This document shows positions 46,219 through 57,760 of a DNA stretch of 64,000 bases, piece by piece. The stretch's first letter is position 1. Each line of letters starts with the position of its first letter. The notes below the pieces were generated by a model that was given only the letters and a program-made list of their open reading frames with translations, did no database searches and had not been told where the DNA came from. Source of the DNA: Patellaria atrata CBS 101060 (lineage: Eukaryota); contig MU006116.1 of assembly GCA_010093705.1 (NCBI GenBank), positions 99,424 through 163,423 on the forward strand, written 5' to 3'. The translations under genes and the position numbers were made by a program.

Positions 46219-47005
46219 ATGGATCCGAGGAGTTCCCAATTCAAACATACACCTGATCCGAAACAGATGACTTCTCGGTTCCTCAAGCGGATTGGATATC
46301 CTGACCCTTCAAAGGCCCAAAAATGCACCATCCACACTGAGAACTCGTCTCGAGAAGGACGGCAAATCTTACGCTCAATTCAATGCGCATATGAAAGCAC
46401 TAGAGAAGGGTCTAATATTAGACCTTAAAGAGAAATTAGAGCTCCAAAGAGTAAATCTTAGTGATTTGGATGACGTTGCTGAACGATGGGCGGAAAACGT
46501 GAGAAAAACTGACCATAAAGCCATTGCAGCCATTCTCGCAGAAGCCACCAAGTAGCCATTACCGACCTTTAAAGAACTGTTTGACTGCCTTACTTTACCA
46601 CGCGCAGATATCCGTGCTAGGGAATATGATGCAGGAATCCGTGCCGCATATGAACAAAACATCGTCCGTATTCTCGAAGCATTCAAAATCCCATATGAGA
46701 GGTTCAGGGAGCAACAAAGTTTCAAAGAGGCGGAACGGGTATTAGAGATCAATTCCGGCTTAAGGGTAGAAATTTCAAGCCTGAAGCAGAACATTGAAGC
46801 CCTAATGAAAGAGAAGGAAGAGAAGGAAGAGAAGGAGGCGCTCGTCGAAAAGCTGAGTGAAGAGAGAGATGGGCTAAAAGAGAAGCTAGAAAAACACCGC
46901 GAAATACTCGTAAAAAGTCACACTTTAGCAATGAAGATACAAGCGGAGTACGACGCAACCGAGGAAGCGTATTTAAAGCAGCAAGCTCGGCTCCGTGGAG
47001 AGTAA
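46219..47005 (+). pseudogene. Decayed helical/coiled-coil protein gene, divergent from the previous pseudogene
   Basis: ORFs 46292-46555 and 46805-47005 share a frame with only a TAG at 46553 between them. The 5' ATG (46219) is frameshifted and there is a TGA at 46268. Confidence 0.6.
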
Positions 47006-48025
47006 AGTAGTCAAGATGCCTAAGATCTTATTAGTGGATCGACGAGTCGGTTAGAAAAGTTGAATTGAGGAATTCAGATGGGATCGGTTCCTTCACCTTT
47101 ACACCCAATGTGAAGTTTTCTTCTATAGTACAATAGAATTACTAGGACAGTTTTCTTCATGGTCATAAATATTAGAACCACGTTTCCCGAGTTAATCATA
47201 AGACGCAATCTCATATGAGAGTACTCATCTTTAAAACTATCGCTTTTGATTTCGTCCTTATATGTGATTCCTATATCCCATCCCCCCAATATTAGTATGG
47301 AATATGAATAAGAAAAGTGTACTTACTACATATACCTGGAAGCCTTTTTGTAAGATATTTCGAATGTCTTGTCAATGTTTAGTTAGACTTTACAGTATGA
47401 CAATACATTACGTAAAAAGTACATGGAGAAGAACAGTACCTACGATTATTGCTTTCGGAGGAAACCGTAAACCTCACGCTCATATCCAGTAACTCACCAT
47501 CTTTTGGGTCATTCTTATCAATCAACTATTTTACCCATCGATGCTTTCACCTTTGCAATGTCTGCAAAGGTTCAAACTGTCCGGACAGAACAGTGAGATC
47601 GTGGCACTCGAGTCGTCCGTCACAAATCGGTATTCTTCACTTTTTGTCCGCTCGCTGTACTGAGCTAAAGTATTGACCAATGAACCCGAGCACAGCGTTT
47701 GGACGGTTCGTACACATAGGTCACAATCCCAACTTGGTCCAGTCACGAAGGTTCGTCAGCATATACTAGTAAGTGAGTGGCTTCTAATTTGAGGACATGG
47801 CGGACCTAGGAAGCGTTACTGAGAGGTCGGACAGACACGGTATTAGTAAATAAGACTTTTCTACAATTCGGAAATAAGGAGATTGTATGCTTATAACTTG
47901 GAGGATCATATATACTCATATATACACCGAACGCTTTGGACTGTTGCATTTAGAGACCTCACATTTTTGCCTTGTTATCAGTAGACCATAGCAAGATACT
48001 CCAATCTGCCAGCTGCACTGAAAAA

Positions 48026-50138
48026 TCATGAATTCCTCGCTTTGATAATATCCGCGGCCTATTCTCAATGTCAGATATATGTTACTTGTAGAGGTACGGA
48101 AGTGGCGATTACTCACCTTCTCAGCAACAGCATACACAGTCATTGAAGTCGTAGCACCAACAAGGAGAGGATGAATCGACGAGTCGATAATACTCAGCTT
48201 CTTTGTTCCGTAGACCAAAAGATCCTCATCAACAACACCGCCATGCTCCCGGGGAACCTTTGCACAAGTACCGATAGGATGGTACACAGAGGGGATGATG
48301 ACTTGGCGTGCCCATTCCGCAAGGTCTTCATCAGTGGTGACATTAGCACCCGGCATGGTCTCTTTCGCCTCATACTGTGCGAGATCGCCTGTGGTCATGA
48401 ATCTACGCATGAATCTAATATTCTCAACCATGACGTCAATATCCGTCGGATTAGCGCCGGCATTGTAGTCTACGATCATCTCCGAAGTTGGGTTTTTCGG
48501 GTCTGGAAGGATGGTGCCGCGGGACATTGGGTGCAGATTTTGAACTGACCCACCCGGACCACGTACCATGATCTCGAGGAAGGTGACATGCTTTGAACGC
48601 AGGAACTTGGTATTGACAGCGTGCTGGGCCTTAAAGCCTTCCTTGAGAGTCTCATCATAACTGCTTGGAAGATATTGTGTTGGGTCCTGGTCTGCATATC
48701 TTTGGGCTATCGCTTCAAAGTTATCGGGGGAAATGACAGGCATTCCAATCATCGTTGCGAGGTTGGGTGCTGCACCTGATCCTGAGCCAGGGTTGGAAAC
48801 ATTTGCTGTTGGAACGATACCCCCTATAAATGTTCAGTAAATTACTTTGACACAAAAAGAAGTTGTCACTAACATTGAAATCCGACGGAAGGGATGTAGC
48901 TATGATCTTGGAAATTATGTCCAACGCCAGGGAGGTCAATTTTGATTGGAATGTCTGCTTCTTTCAAGAATGCTGATGGTCCGATTCCGCTCAAAATCAA
49001 TATCTGGGGTGTGTGAACTGCGCCAGCAGCAAGAATGACCTCTTTTCTAGCTCGCACGGAATGGATGGTGCTGTTTGTTTCGTTCCTTGAAAGGAAAGTG
49101 ACCCCGGTAGCATTATCACCATCAAATAAAAGGCCGTTGACCTTGGCTCCGACGAGTAGCTCGTAGTTTGTACGATTGAGCCCATCCCAATGGCCTGATC
49201 TTGCATATGAGCGTGCGTATGTGTTAGGATCCTGAGATAGGGGATACCAGTAGAGACCTGTTTCGCCAGCACCACTGTCAATGGGGACAGTCATGCCGGG
49301 CATTTTTTTCATCGCGCTGTAGAGAACCTCTATCAAGTTCATCAGTTCGCTAAATTTCCCTCTGACCAAACTGGTGGGATTGACTCACTCATTACACCGC
49401 CCATAGCGCCCTTTCCAAAACTTCCGAAGATCTTGGATGTAGTACCCCAATAATCCATACTATAGGTGATGTTGAATTCTTTTGCCTGAGCCGGGTCTGG
49501 AGGTGCTAGCGTAATACCCTATTCCGGTCAGTGGCGACGGAAGCATCGGCTATCAATTAGCGTACCTTCTTGAAGTATGGAAGAATTCCCTCCCAAGTCC
49601 ATGTAGAGTTTGGCCCACCAAGCTCAGCCCAAGCGTCGTACTCTTCTCTTGTTCCACGAAGAAACACCATGCCATTCACAGCAGAGCTCCCTCCTACGAT
49701 ATTTCCAATACCGACATTGAATCGACGGTCATTGAGGTGAGGTTGAGGTACGGATGTGATATTATACATTCGTGTCGGATCCAAGGTTATGGGACCTCCT
49801 GGTAAATTGTAAGTTAAAGACAGAAACTTTCTGAACATGGGATATATTCATACCGTAAAATCCGTGCTCAAGTACAAGCACAGTGCCTGAAAAATTTTAG
49901 AACTTCTGGATGCGGCAAATAGCTAGAAGAGTTACCGACTTTTGCCATCTTCCGTTAGTCTATCACCGACAGTCAGACCTGATGTTCCACCTCCGACGAT
50001 GATGTAGTCATATTCATCAGCAATCTGTTCCGAGCGTGTCTTAATATTGACATAGCTCTTCGGCCCAGGCCACGCAGAGACCAAATTCGAGAATGTAGTT
50101 AGGCACAATAGGGCAATGGAAGCTTTTACCGAGGACAT
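48026..50138 (-). CDS. Secreted GMC oxidoreductase (AA3_2-like)
   Basis: Seven exons, all in frame. Signal peptide; YDYIIVGGGTSGL (FAD binding), GGSSAVNGM, EVILAAGAVHTPQIL, PGVGHNFQDH, YHPIGTC and GGVVD; ends AADIIKARNS*. Confidence 0.93.
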
Positions 50139-51069
50139 GACGACCCTATTGAGAAAATACTAAAGGAGAGATTGCAAAATGGTCAAGCGGAGGAGCTCGG
50201 ACAGGAATTGAATGAGAAACAGACAACGAAGGAAAGGAAGTGTCCACGATTACCCTCATCACAAAACTGATGGATGGATGGTGAATATATGTCAAACCAT
50301 GTGCTGACGATCGTACGGTTTGACTAGGAGATGCATTAGCATTTCTTGCTTTTCCCCTGAGGAGACAACTAGAAGTCTTCAAGGACGGTCTTCATAACCC
50401 TTTCGGGATGGTTATAGGTTGGAGAAGCGACCGTTACGAGAGCTTTCAAATCCTCCATCTTGGTAATAATAAGCTTAAATAGAGTAGTGCGGGGAAGCGA
50501 AACGGTAAAACATGGCTTTAATTAAGGGAAACCATTTGAGGGAAAGTCGACCAGCAAAATAAGAACATCAGAGCCACCGGCCCATCTTGAGCTTGACAAC
50601 ACGTGGGATAAAAATCACCTCATGTTTACCAATAAGGCCGGATGGAGGCCAAGCAAGACCCAGTTAAAAAAGATGTTTCGAGCGGTATGGCCGGTTAATT
50701 AAATAGACGATGCGGAAGCGGCGAGAAGTACAGTAAGACTACAAAGGAAGTAGAGTGTGAGCAATAGAATTTCATCGTACCTAATAAATTTCAAAGAAGA
50801 GAGAAGAGACAAGGGACGATAGTTGAGATCATTGCCGGAGCTTCCAGAAGGTCATATTATACGAAGATTTGGACTCAATGCGCCTGTCAGCTGGGGTAAA
50901 AAGTGACTGGTTAAAGGAAATGGAATATTACCATGAAAGAAACATCCCCAAGCAGCAAGCTAGCCAAAGTTGCTCCCATTCTTCATTTCGCAGAGAGAAA
51001 GGTTCTGACTCAAGGAGAATTCTCCCATCCGAAGAGATACTTCCCAGAACTTCTGCAGAACCAATGCCC

Positions 51070-51440
51070 ACCCTACAGTTTAGTTCTAGTTCTACTTAAA
51101 AGGAGAGCTGCAAAGCGTCCTTTTTTAAACTATAATATCGGAAACTGAGGTTTGTGAACAGCGTTTAGTAATGGTGGAGCTGGTTATTTCGTACTTTCCA
51201 AAAAGCGCGGATGAAGAGGTTGGGTTCAGATTGGTGGTGGGGGATGAAATACTTTCCGTCGCCCTAGTTTTGCCGTATACACACATCTGTCCCTCACTGC
51301 CTAGAACTACAAGTAGTTCGAGTTCTACTACTGTAGTTCTAGTTCTATTACTGTAGTTCTATCGGGTGAACTTCCCACTTCCGCGACGCCTTCTAACCCT
51401 AAAATTACATGTATACCCGGGCTCCGATGATAGTTCTAAC
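51070..51440. repeat. Cluster of AGTTCTA/TAGAACT motifs with a short hairpin
   Basis: Repeated TAGTTCTA units (51080-51095, 51320-51360) and CTAGAACTAC-aa-GTAGTTCGAG at 51301-51322. Confidence 0.5.
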
Positions 51441-53198
51441 CTTTTGAGGATTTGACAGTTCCTTTAACTCTACAGCTGACAGCTTCGTAACTTGTCACGC
51501 CTGTTCTAGTGCAATTATTCCTTAAACATGAGGCTATATTCTTCTTGTTGCTTTTGTAATTATCTCGAGCACATTTCTAAACCATCTAATATCTACATCT
51601 GAGATCGAGATCTCACCTCTTCCATGGGAAACGTCTAGTACTCTAACAATTTAGAAGATAATTGATTATGGTCACCAGTTGGCGTGATGTGATCTGATGA
51701 ATGCGATAGCTACCCACTAGGACTAAATCAAGGGTCTGTTTTGGGCATTTAGAAGAAAAGCATTCTCTGGTTCAAATCGGATCCCCAAGGGTGCTCAACT
51801 GGCCAAGAGCCGAAGGTATAACATCGTTACATCAACTTGGTAGACCCAGATGGGACATTTTCGTTATGAATCAATTCTTTGATCGACCGTGGTCCCTTCT
51901 TCGAAGGTTGATTTATACCTTGAGTAAGCTCTTTGACGTATGAGAAATGCTAACCTTCGAGGATTGGAGCAGGGTATAATATTATTGGGTACTTCTGTCC
52001 TAATCCTGCTCTTCCTATTCAGAATTTCACGAAACCACGACGACGAAAGGAGAGCACCAGGTGTCAACGCAGTCTCGAAGTTATAAGCTAACAAAATCTA
52101 CCCTTCTCAAAGTAAGTAAACCTGCATGAAAGACAGTCAGCATATCATCTCGCCATTGAGCCTGAGTAGTCCTAAGCTGCGACTAACGCACCTCCAGCTG
52201 CACCGGCCCCATTATTCGACCCTTGCTCCTCTCATCTCTTTCCACCACACCAACCCCAACGACACCAAACTAACAACAAAGAAGGATTTCCGCAACGATT
52301 TAGCGCTCCGTTAGAGCATGGTTCTAGCGGCGTAGTATATGATCATGCTACTGCGACAGAGCAGAATAGGTAATTTCCTGAAATCGTCGAACGTCGGCCG
52401 AATGCGAACTAACGTTCGCATGGTTAGCGTCTTCACAATATCACTCTACCTGATGCAGGCTAGTATGCCGTGGAGGGATTGAAGGTAGAGTTGGATAAGA
52501 CATGATATATATATAGGTCCGATTAGAACGTTAAGTAGTGAGACGCAAGCCGGCGAATATGTCGATGTGGTCTCTCTTTGTCCTATTCAAAGCCGTGTCC
52601 GGTACGAGTACGAAGTTTGCGCGAGAGTAGAGAACATAGGCATACAGCGCGCGTGTATGGGATATGAAGCGGCAGGGAGCCAGAGAGAAGATATAAGTTT
52701 ACACTGATAACGACATCGATGAATTCTGATTATGTTCGTTGATCATCATATATTGAAGATTGTCATGAATATCCAGTTTTGTGTGGTTGAAAAGCCTACC
52801 GTAGAACTGCAGAAAGGGCCGTCCCGCCTCCCGCTTCCCCTGCCGAAAAACACTCTCATAACCAACACTTAATATCTTATGCCTCTCTACCTAGTTCTAA
52901 GAACTGTAGTATCATGACCAACATTGTTCACGTCAATTTTGTAGCTTATGACATAAACATATCGAACATTTTCTATTTTTAAGAACACTCAGTGACCTCC
53001 CCCTTTGAAGGGATGGACGTTGGAGCGTTACTCACTTCGACATTTCCACAGCAGACGTGTATGATTGATTGTACAGCAACTTAGCTCTAAAGCCTAAGGA
53101 GATGTACTGCTTAATTCGAGAAGATGGATTGGAGGCCGAGGACTGGTGAAGTGGGATGAGTTCCCGGTGCATTTTCCGGATTCTTATTCAATTTCTCA

Positions 53199-54522
53199 TT
53201 ATCGTCTGACTGCCTGCCCTATCGATGTCCCAATAAAGGCAAGAATACTCTTGATCAGTTGTCCCACAGACCCGAGTCCAAACATGCTGACCAGAACACT
53301 CAACGCCAACTGCTTTTCCCCATACCTCAACATCTTTCTATCCCACTCCGCCTGACTCATGTCTCCCATCATAACCTTCTCAAATTCCGCGCAATGCATC
53401 GCCGCCTGATTAGTTGCCATGGCAGTATTTGGGCGTAGTCCAACAAGCGCATCTCCGACTAGTACGACTTTACCGCTGAAGAAACTCGCTTGGGGAGATA
53501 TGACTTCGTTGACTCTGGTCACAAACGGACGGGTGATCTTCGATATAACCTCTACGAAAGGGGCGGGCATGAGTTTCGCGGCTAGTTGGACTCGAGTATT
53601 CCATACTTCGGGATTCACCAAACCTTTGGGGACGGTGTTCTGGTGTTTCTTCCCGTTGATGTCTGTTAGAGCGGCCTCGAGTTCCGGAGAGGTTGTCGAA
53701 AAGTTTTGATACCAAACAAGGTTAATATGACGGGACTTGTCATTGTCTCCTTCATCCGATGGAATGTTGTAGCTGCCAATGATCATTATTCCCAGTCGAC
53801 CTAAGAGATTCTTCCCATTTTACTCACACAATCAGATAACTACGTTTTAAGAGAAGAATGCTCGTCTTGCGTGCGAAGAACTCATTTGTCTCCTCGTCGA
53901 GTACGTCAACCGGAACTGTTCCTCTCCAAGCTACATAGCCAGAATACTTCCTCATACTTTGCGGGAGAAGTAGTTGTCGAATGGTCGAATTTGCTCCGTC
54001 AGCTGCGAGAACGAGATCTCCAGAGATTGATTTTGGCGATCCTCCCTCCACATTTGAATACCCAACTATGACTTTCTCTCCGTCCTCCCTTATGCTTGAA
54101 ACTCTTGCCCCACGCATATACTGCCCTTTCTTTTGACCTTCCCCACCAGTTCCGTCAAACGCGTCCCGGAGAACTTTACACAACAATCCCCAGCTGATAT
54201 TTTTATGGGCCCTGTTGCCTGAAAAAATATGCTTCCCGTTCTGGCGGTAAAGGCTCGTGGACGTTCCTTCTTGAACCGACGGCGGAACAAAAGCATACTT
54301 TTGCAAGATATCAATCGTCTCCGAGTAGAGACGTATACCAGCAGCTTGACTCTGCCGCTCAGCTTGCTCTTCGAGTATTGTCACTTTGTGTCCTAGTCGG
54401 CTTAGCATAATGCCATGCATCAATCCCGCAGCGGATCCACCGACCTGTCGTTATTGATCAGTTTGACTGAGCCATCAAGACAATGCCCGCTCTTGACCTA
54501 CAATAATCACGTCTTTCGACAT
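53199..54522 (-). CDS. FAD-dependent monooxygenase (2,6-dihydroxypyridine-3-monooxygenase-like aromatic hydroxylase)
   Basis: MSKDVII|VGGSAAGLMHG (GxxxxG), LAADGANSTIR, YSGYVAWRG and VVLVGDA; three exons. Confidence 0.88.
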
Positions 54523-55393
54523 AATGATAACGCCAATATAGCGACAATCTAGTCTCCAAGGATATATATAGCCACAAACACACTTGTATGTTTAGCCTTT
54601 AATGCTGGGTTGCGATATGTAAGCACTGTGTGATGATAATATCGTTCCTACTGGATGTAGTTGCAAGATGATACGTAATTAAGTAAGAAGGGCGTTTGTT
54701 TCTGTCTTGGAGTTATAACTCCTTCAGTGGACCGATGTCGCGTTGCAATCTGGTGCACAAGCTCGTAGAACCGGATTTTCAGGTGACTTTACTCCGACAT
54801 CGTGGATCTAAGTAGTTGTACGAATTCATGTCTCGAGAGAAAATGTATACTTGGGGTAACTGAGAGTGATGTACTAGACTTTAAGAGAAATCATCATTCT
54901 ATTTTCGAGATTCAGCTGCTTTTTGATTGGCTGGGGGCCTAAGAATCCTTCTTTCATCCTATCTTACGCCGCTTTGGGAAAATGCTTGTAATCATTGGTC
55001 ACAAATAAAGCCCATTCCGGAGCTTCCGGTGCACATTATATGATATTCACGAAGATTGACTATAGGAGAGTCAAACAAACCGTCTTTCCTATAGTTGTTG
55101 TATTGGGAAATGCTAGAAACTATGGGAATATACTGAGATAAGCAGCTGATCATAAGATAGATCTTACGTAGGTATAGAAAACAGCGTAAGGTACAATCTC
55201 AGTAGTTCAGATAGAATACATAACACATACCGAAAAGTTAGTGATCGCAGACTGCATACGACCAGAGTACCGCGCGTCTATTATCCTTCTTTTTGACGAG
55301 AAATTTTCCATGTTGGAATGCGTGACGAGAAATGAACGTATTGCCGAGATTACTACGTGATGATATCCAGGTGTTAAATTCCGATTCCATCTT

Positions 55394-56964
55394 CTAGGCC
55401 GCGAGTGGTTGATGCAGTACCATATTTCTCGGACTAGGGTTCCCAAAGCTTTCATACGCTCTCTTGAATCCTATGTTACTTAAATATTTCTTTATAGCCG
55501 CACCTTCTAGTTGCGCTCTTCGTTTGATCCACCAAAGATCATTTACCTCAATCTTTGCATACCACTCAGCCAATAGATTCAGCGCCTTTACATCTTTGAG
55601 TTCCAAGAGTTTTTTGAACGCAGGATCCATATGGGTAATGAACGCCAGATTCAAAGACAAACCCGCGTGCGTGCAATTCGTTTCCCACAAATGACAGATA
55701 ATCGATGCAGCAGTATGGTACGGATTGATATCTGGTGTAGAAGACGCTGTGAGGTCGTACATAATTTTGAAATCGTAAACTACTGAATTGGAATTTCCAG
55801 GTTCGCAGGATGTCGGATTCCCTCTCATCGCTTTAAGAGCGGGGATAACAGTTATATTCCAGTCTCCTGATATTTCATGGAAGCAACTGTCTAGACGATG
55901 TATGTCGGCTACAGCCCAAACTGTCTTTTTACCGTCAGATAGATTTAACCATTCAACACGATCACCTACTTCCCCCGTAAGGGGCCATGCATCATCTACG
56001 GTATCATAATCGACAGCAGCGAATGCGATAGCTCCAAGAAGTATTGCAGCGGCCCATAGAGCGTCCCGAGTAGATGATCTCAATTTCTGCGGTAATGGAC
56101 ATATGGAATGTGGTACGACATAACGTGAAAGAGTATCATTAAAAAGAGCGGTGCCATGATACCAGTGGTATGCTAATTCTGTAGAGTACTCGAAAGAAGA
56201 GGATGCAGATAAATTTGGAGATGTGTATTGGCGATGAAGAATAGCATGGGTCAAGCCGATGTGCTTCAGAAATGGATGCTAGTGTTGATATCAGTCATCA
56301 TTTTGTCGGTACTGGGATATCGCCGGTATAGCGTGTAACCGATTTCAGAGTTTGATAATAATGGAGATAGAAAATCACAACTGACCAGACTTGCAAGACG
56401 GGGTATTTCACGCTGGTATATATGTTTCGTACTTGATGCTCCCATGGTCAAAATTGACCTTGTGCTAAAATGATGAAAGAGCTCTGCTTCGTAGAAGGGT
56501 AGCTCTAGACCTTGTTCGCCACCCTCTAGGTTCATGAAGGAAGAGGGTATATTCAGGGACCCGCACGGCTCGTTAACAATAGTCTGTATAGCATCTTGTC
56601 TCAATTGAGTCTGGGTCAAGAACTTGAGGTCTATGCTAGAGCTACCTTGTACGCATAGATCAAGCTCAGAGAACGGAGCATCATAATTACAAGACACACC
56701 GTATGCGATACATTTTTTGCAACCGGGTTTCGTCTCATCGCACTATATATGAGGTTAGGGCGAATTGAAAAGTAGGGACACTGGGGGTAGAGGAACGAAG
56801 AGAAAGGAGTTGCGACCAAGAAAGAAGGAACAGTGGAACTAAACGTAGGTGTATGCATGAAAGGGAAGCTATACCGTACTCACTTTTATTCGACGGAGTT
56901 TACAATTATTACAACCTTTCCTTGACTTCCTGTGCGCCTTGCGCCTGCGAGGTTGCTCGTCCAT
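55394..56964 (-). CDS. Zn(II)2Cys6 transcription factor, Upc2/Ecm22-like
   Basis: MDEQPRRRKAHRKSRKGCNNCKLRRIK|CDETKPGCKKCIAYGVSCNY, whose H.KSR.GC N-flank is typical of Upc2-like factors. Middle homology region ELFHHF..HAIL..DALWAAAILLG. Confidence 0.9.
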
Positions 56965-57350
56965 AGTGGCCAACACGCTCGTACGCGTAGGTCGGTGACG
57001 TAACCAGAGTTTAGAAACAGATTAGATTAGTCTACGTTCTTCATTAAGACCGCTATTGAATCCCTGGAGGTAAATGATACCTGGCCTGGCAATGCCGTCT
57101 GAAGAGTTTATCTAGGGGGACGTTGAGTACAGGACAGGTGCTAAGTCGGGTAGAGAAAATGCCATTCTACGTCAGCTGTGCCATCAAGGATCCATCAGTG
57201 CACTAATCGGAGATCCATGAAGCTTTCGTTGCGGGTCCTCTAGTACCTAACAAGGAGCGTAGAAAAATCCGATGAGATATGATCATCCATACTGACTACT
57301 GAGGTCGTGATAGGACCGATATCAACAGTACCGTACCGCAGGGGAAAACA

Positions 57351-57450
57351 CGCTAACCTTGAATCGTATTCAGGAAGCGCTAACCTCGGATCGTATTCTG
57401 GCAACGCTAACCGGATGTCGTATTCAAGGCGCTAACCAGCTTTCGTATCT
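57351..57450. promoter_or_regulatory. Four tandem bipartite CGCTAACC-N5-TCGTAT elements in the divergent TF/dehydrogenase promoter
   Basis: Copies start at 57351, 57378, 57405 and 57430. Half-sites are invariant; the 5-nt spacers (TTGAA, TCGGA, GGATG, AGCTT) all differ. Confidence 0.75.
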
Positions 57451-57760
57451 CTCCTATCCACGACTTCATACATCTACGCTTTCCAACAATAACCACATGT
57501 TCCAGGTAATCGTTAAAGCCGAGCCCAAGGTCACTTCTGGATGAACATAGTATATCGTCGGAGAATGGAGTTAGCATTGAAAATGCCCTTTATGTGCTGT
57601 AGTATCTCCGATAGAAAACCCATTGAAGAACCAGTTGGTGAAGTATAAAGTCTTTCATATTCTCGTTCTAATCTCAATGTCATTGCTTGATCGGTCAGTC
57701 TACAATAATTCCCTTATTTCACAGACGAACAAAAGTGTGTCTTGTATTCAATCCTTCAGA

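Noticed and set aside
14983..46555. Premature TAG codons read as stop-codon reassignment or as restorative A-to-I editing (UAG->UGG) sites
   Set aside because: Intact genes here terminate normally at TAG/TAA. Most premature stops align with Gln rather than Trp and co-occur with frameshifts, so ordinary pseudogenisation explains them better.
51760..51800. GGTTCAAATC tRNA T-loop/B-box-like motif (similar GTTCGAAATC near 33740 on the minus strand)
   Set aside because: No T-stem pairing or cloverleaf could be built around either.
57351..57450. Array read as CRISPR-like or telomeric (CTAACC) repeats
   Set aside because: Units are only 25-27 bp with 5-nt variable parts, there are no cas genes, and CTAACC is not tandem as (CCCTAA)n.
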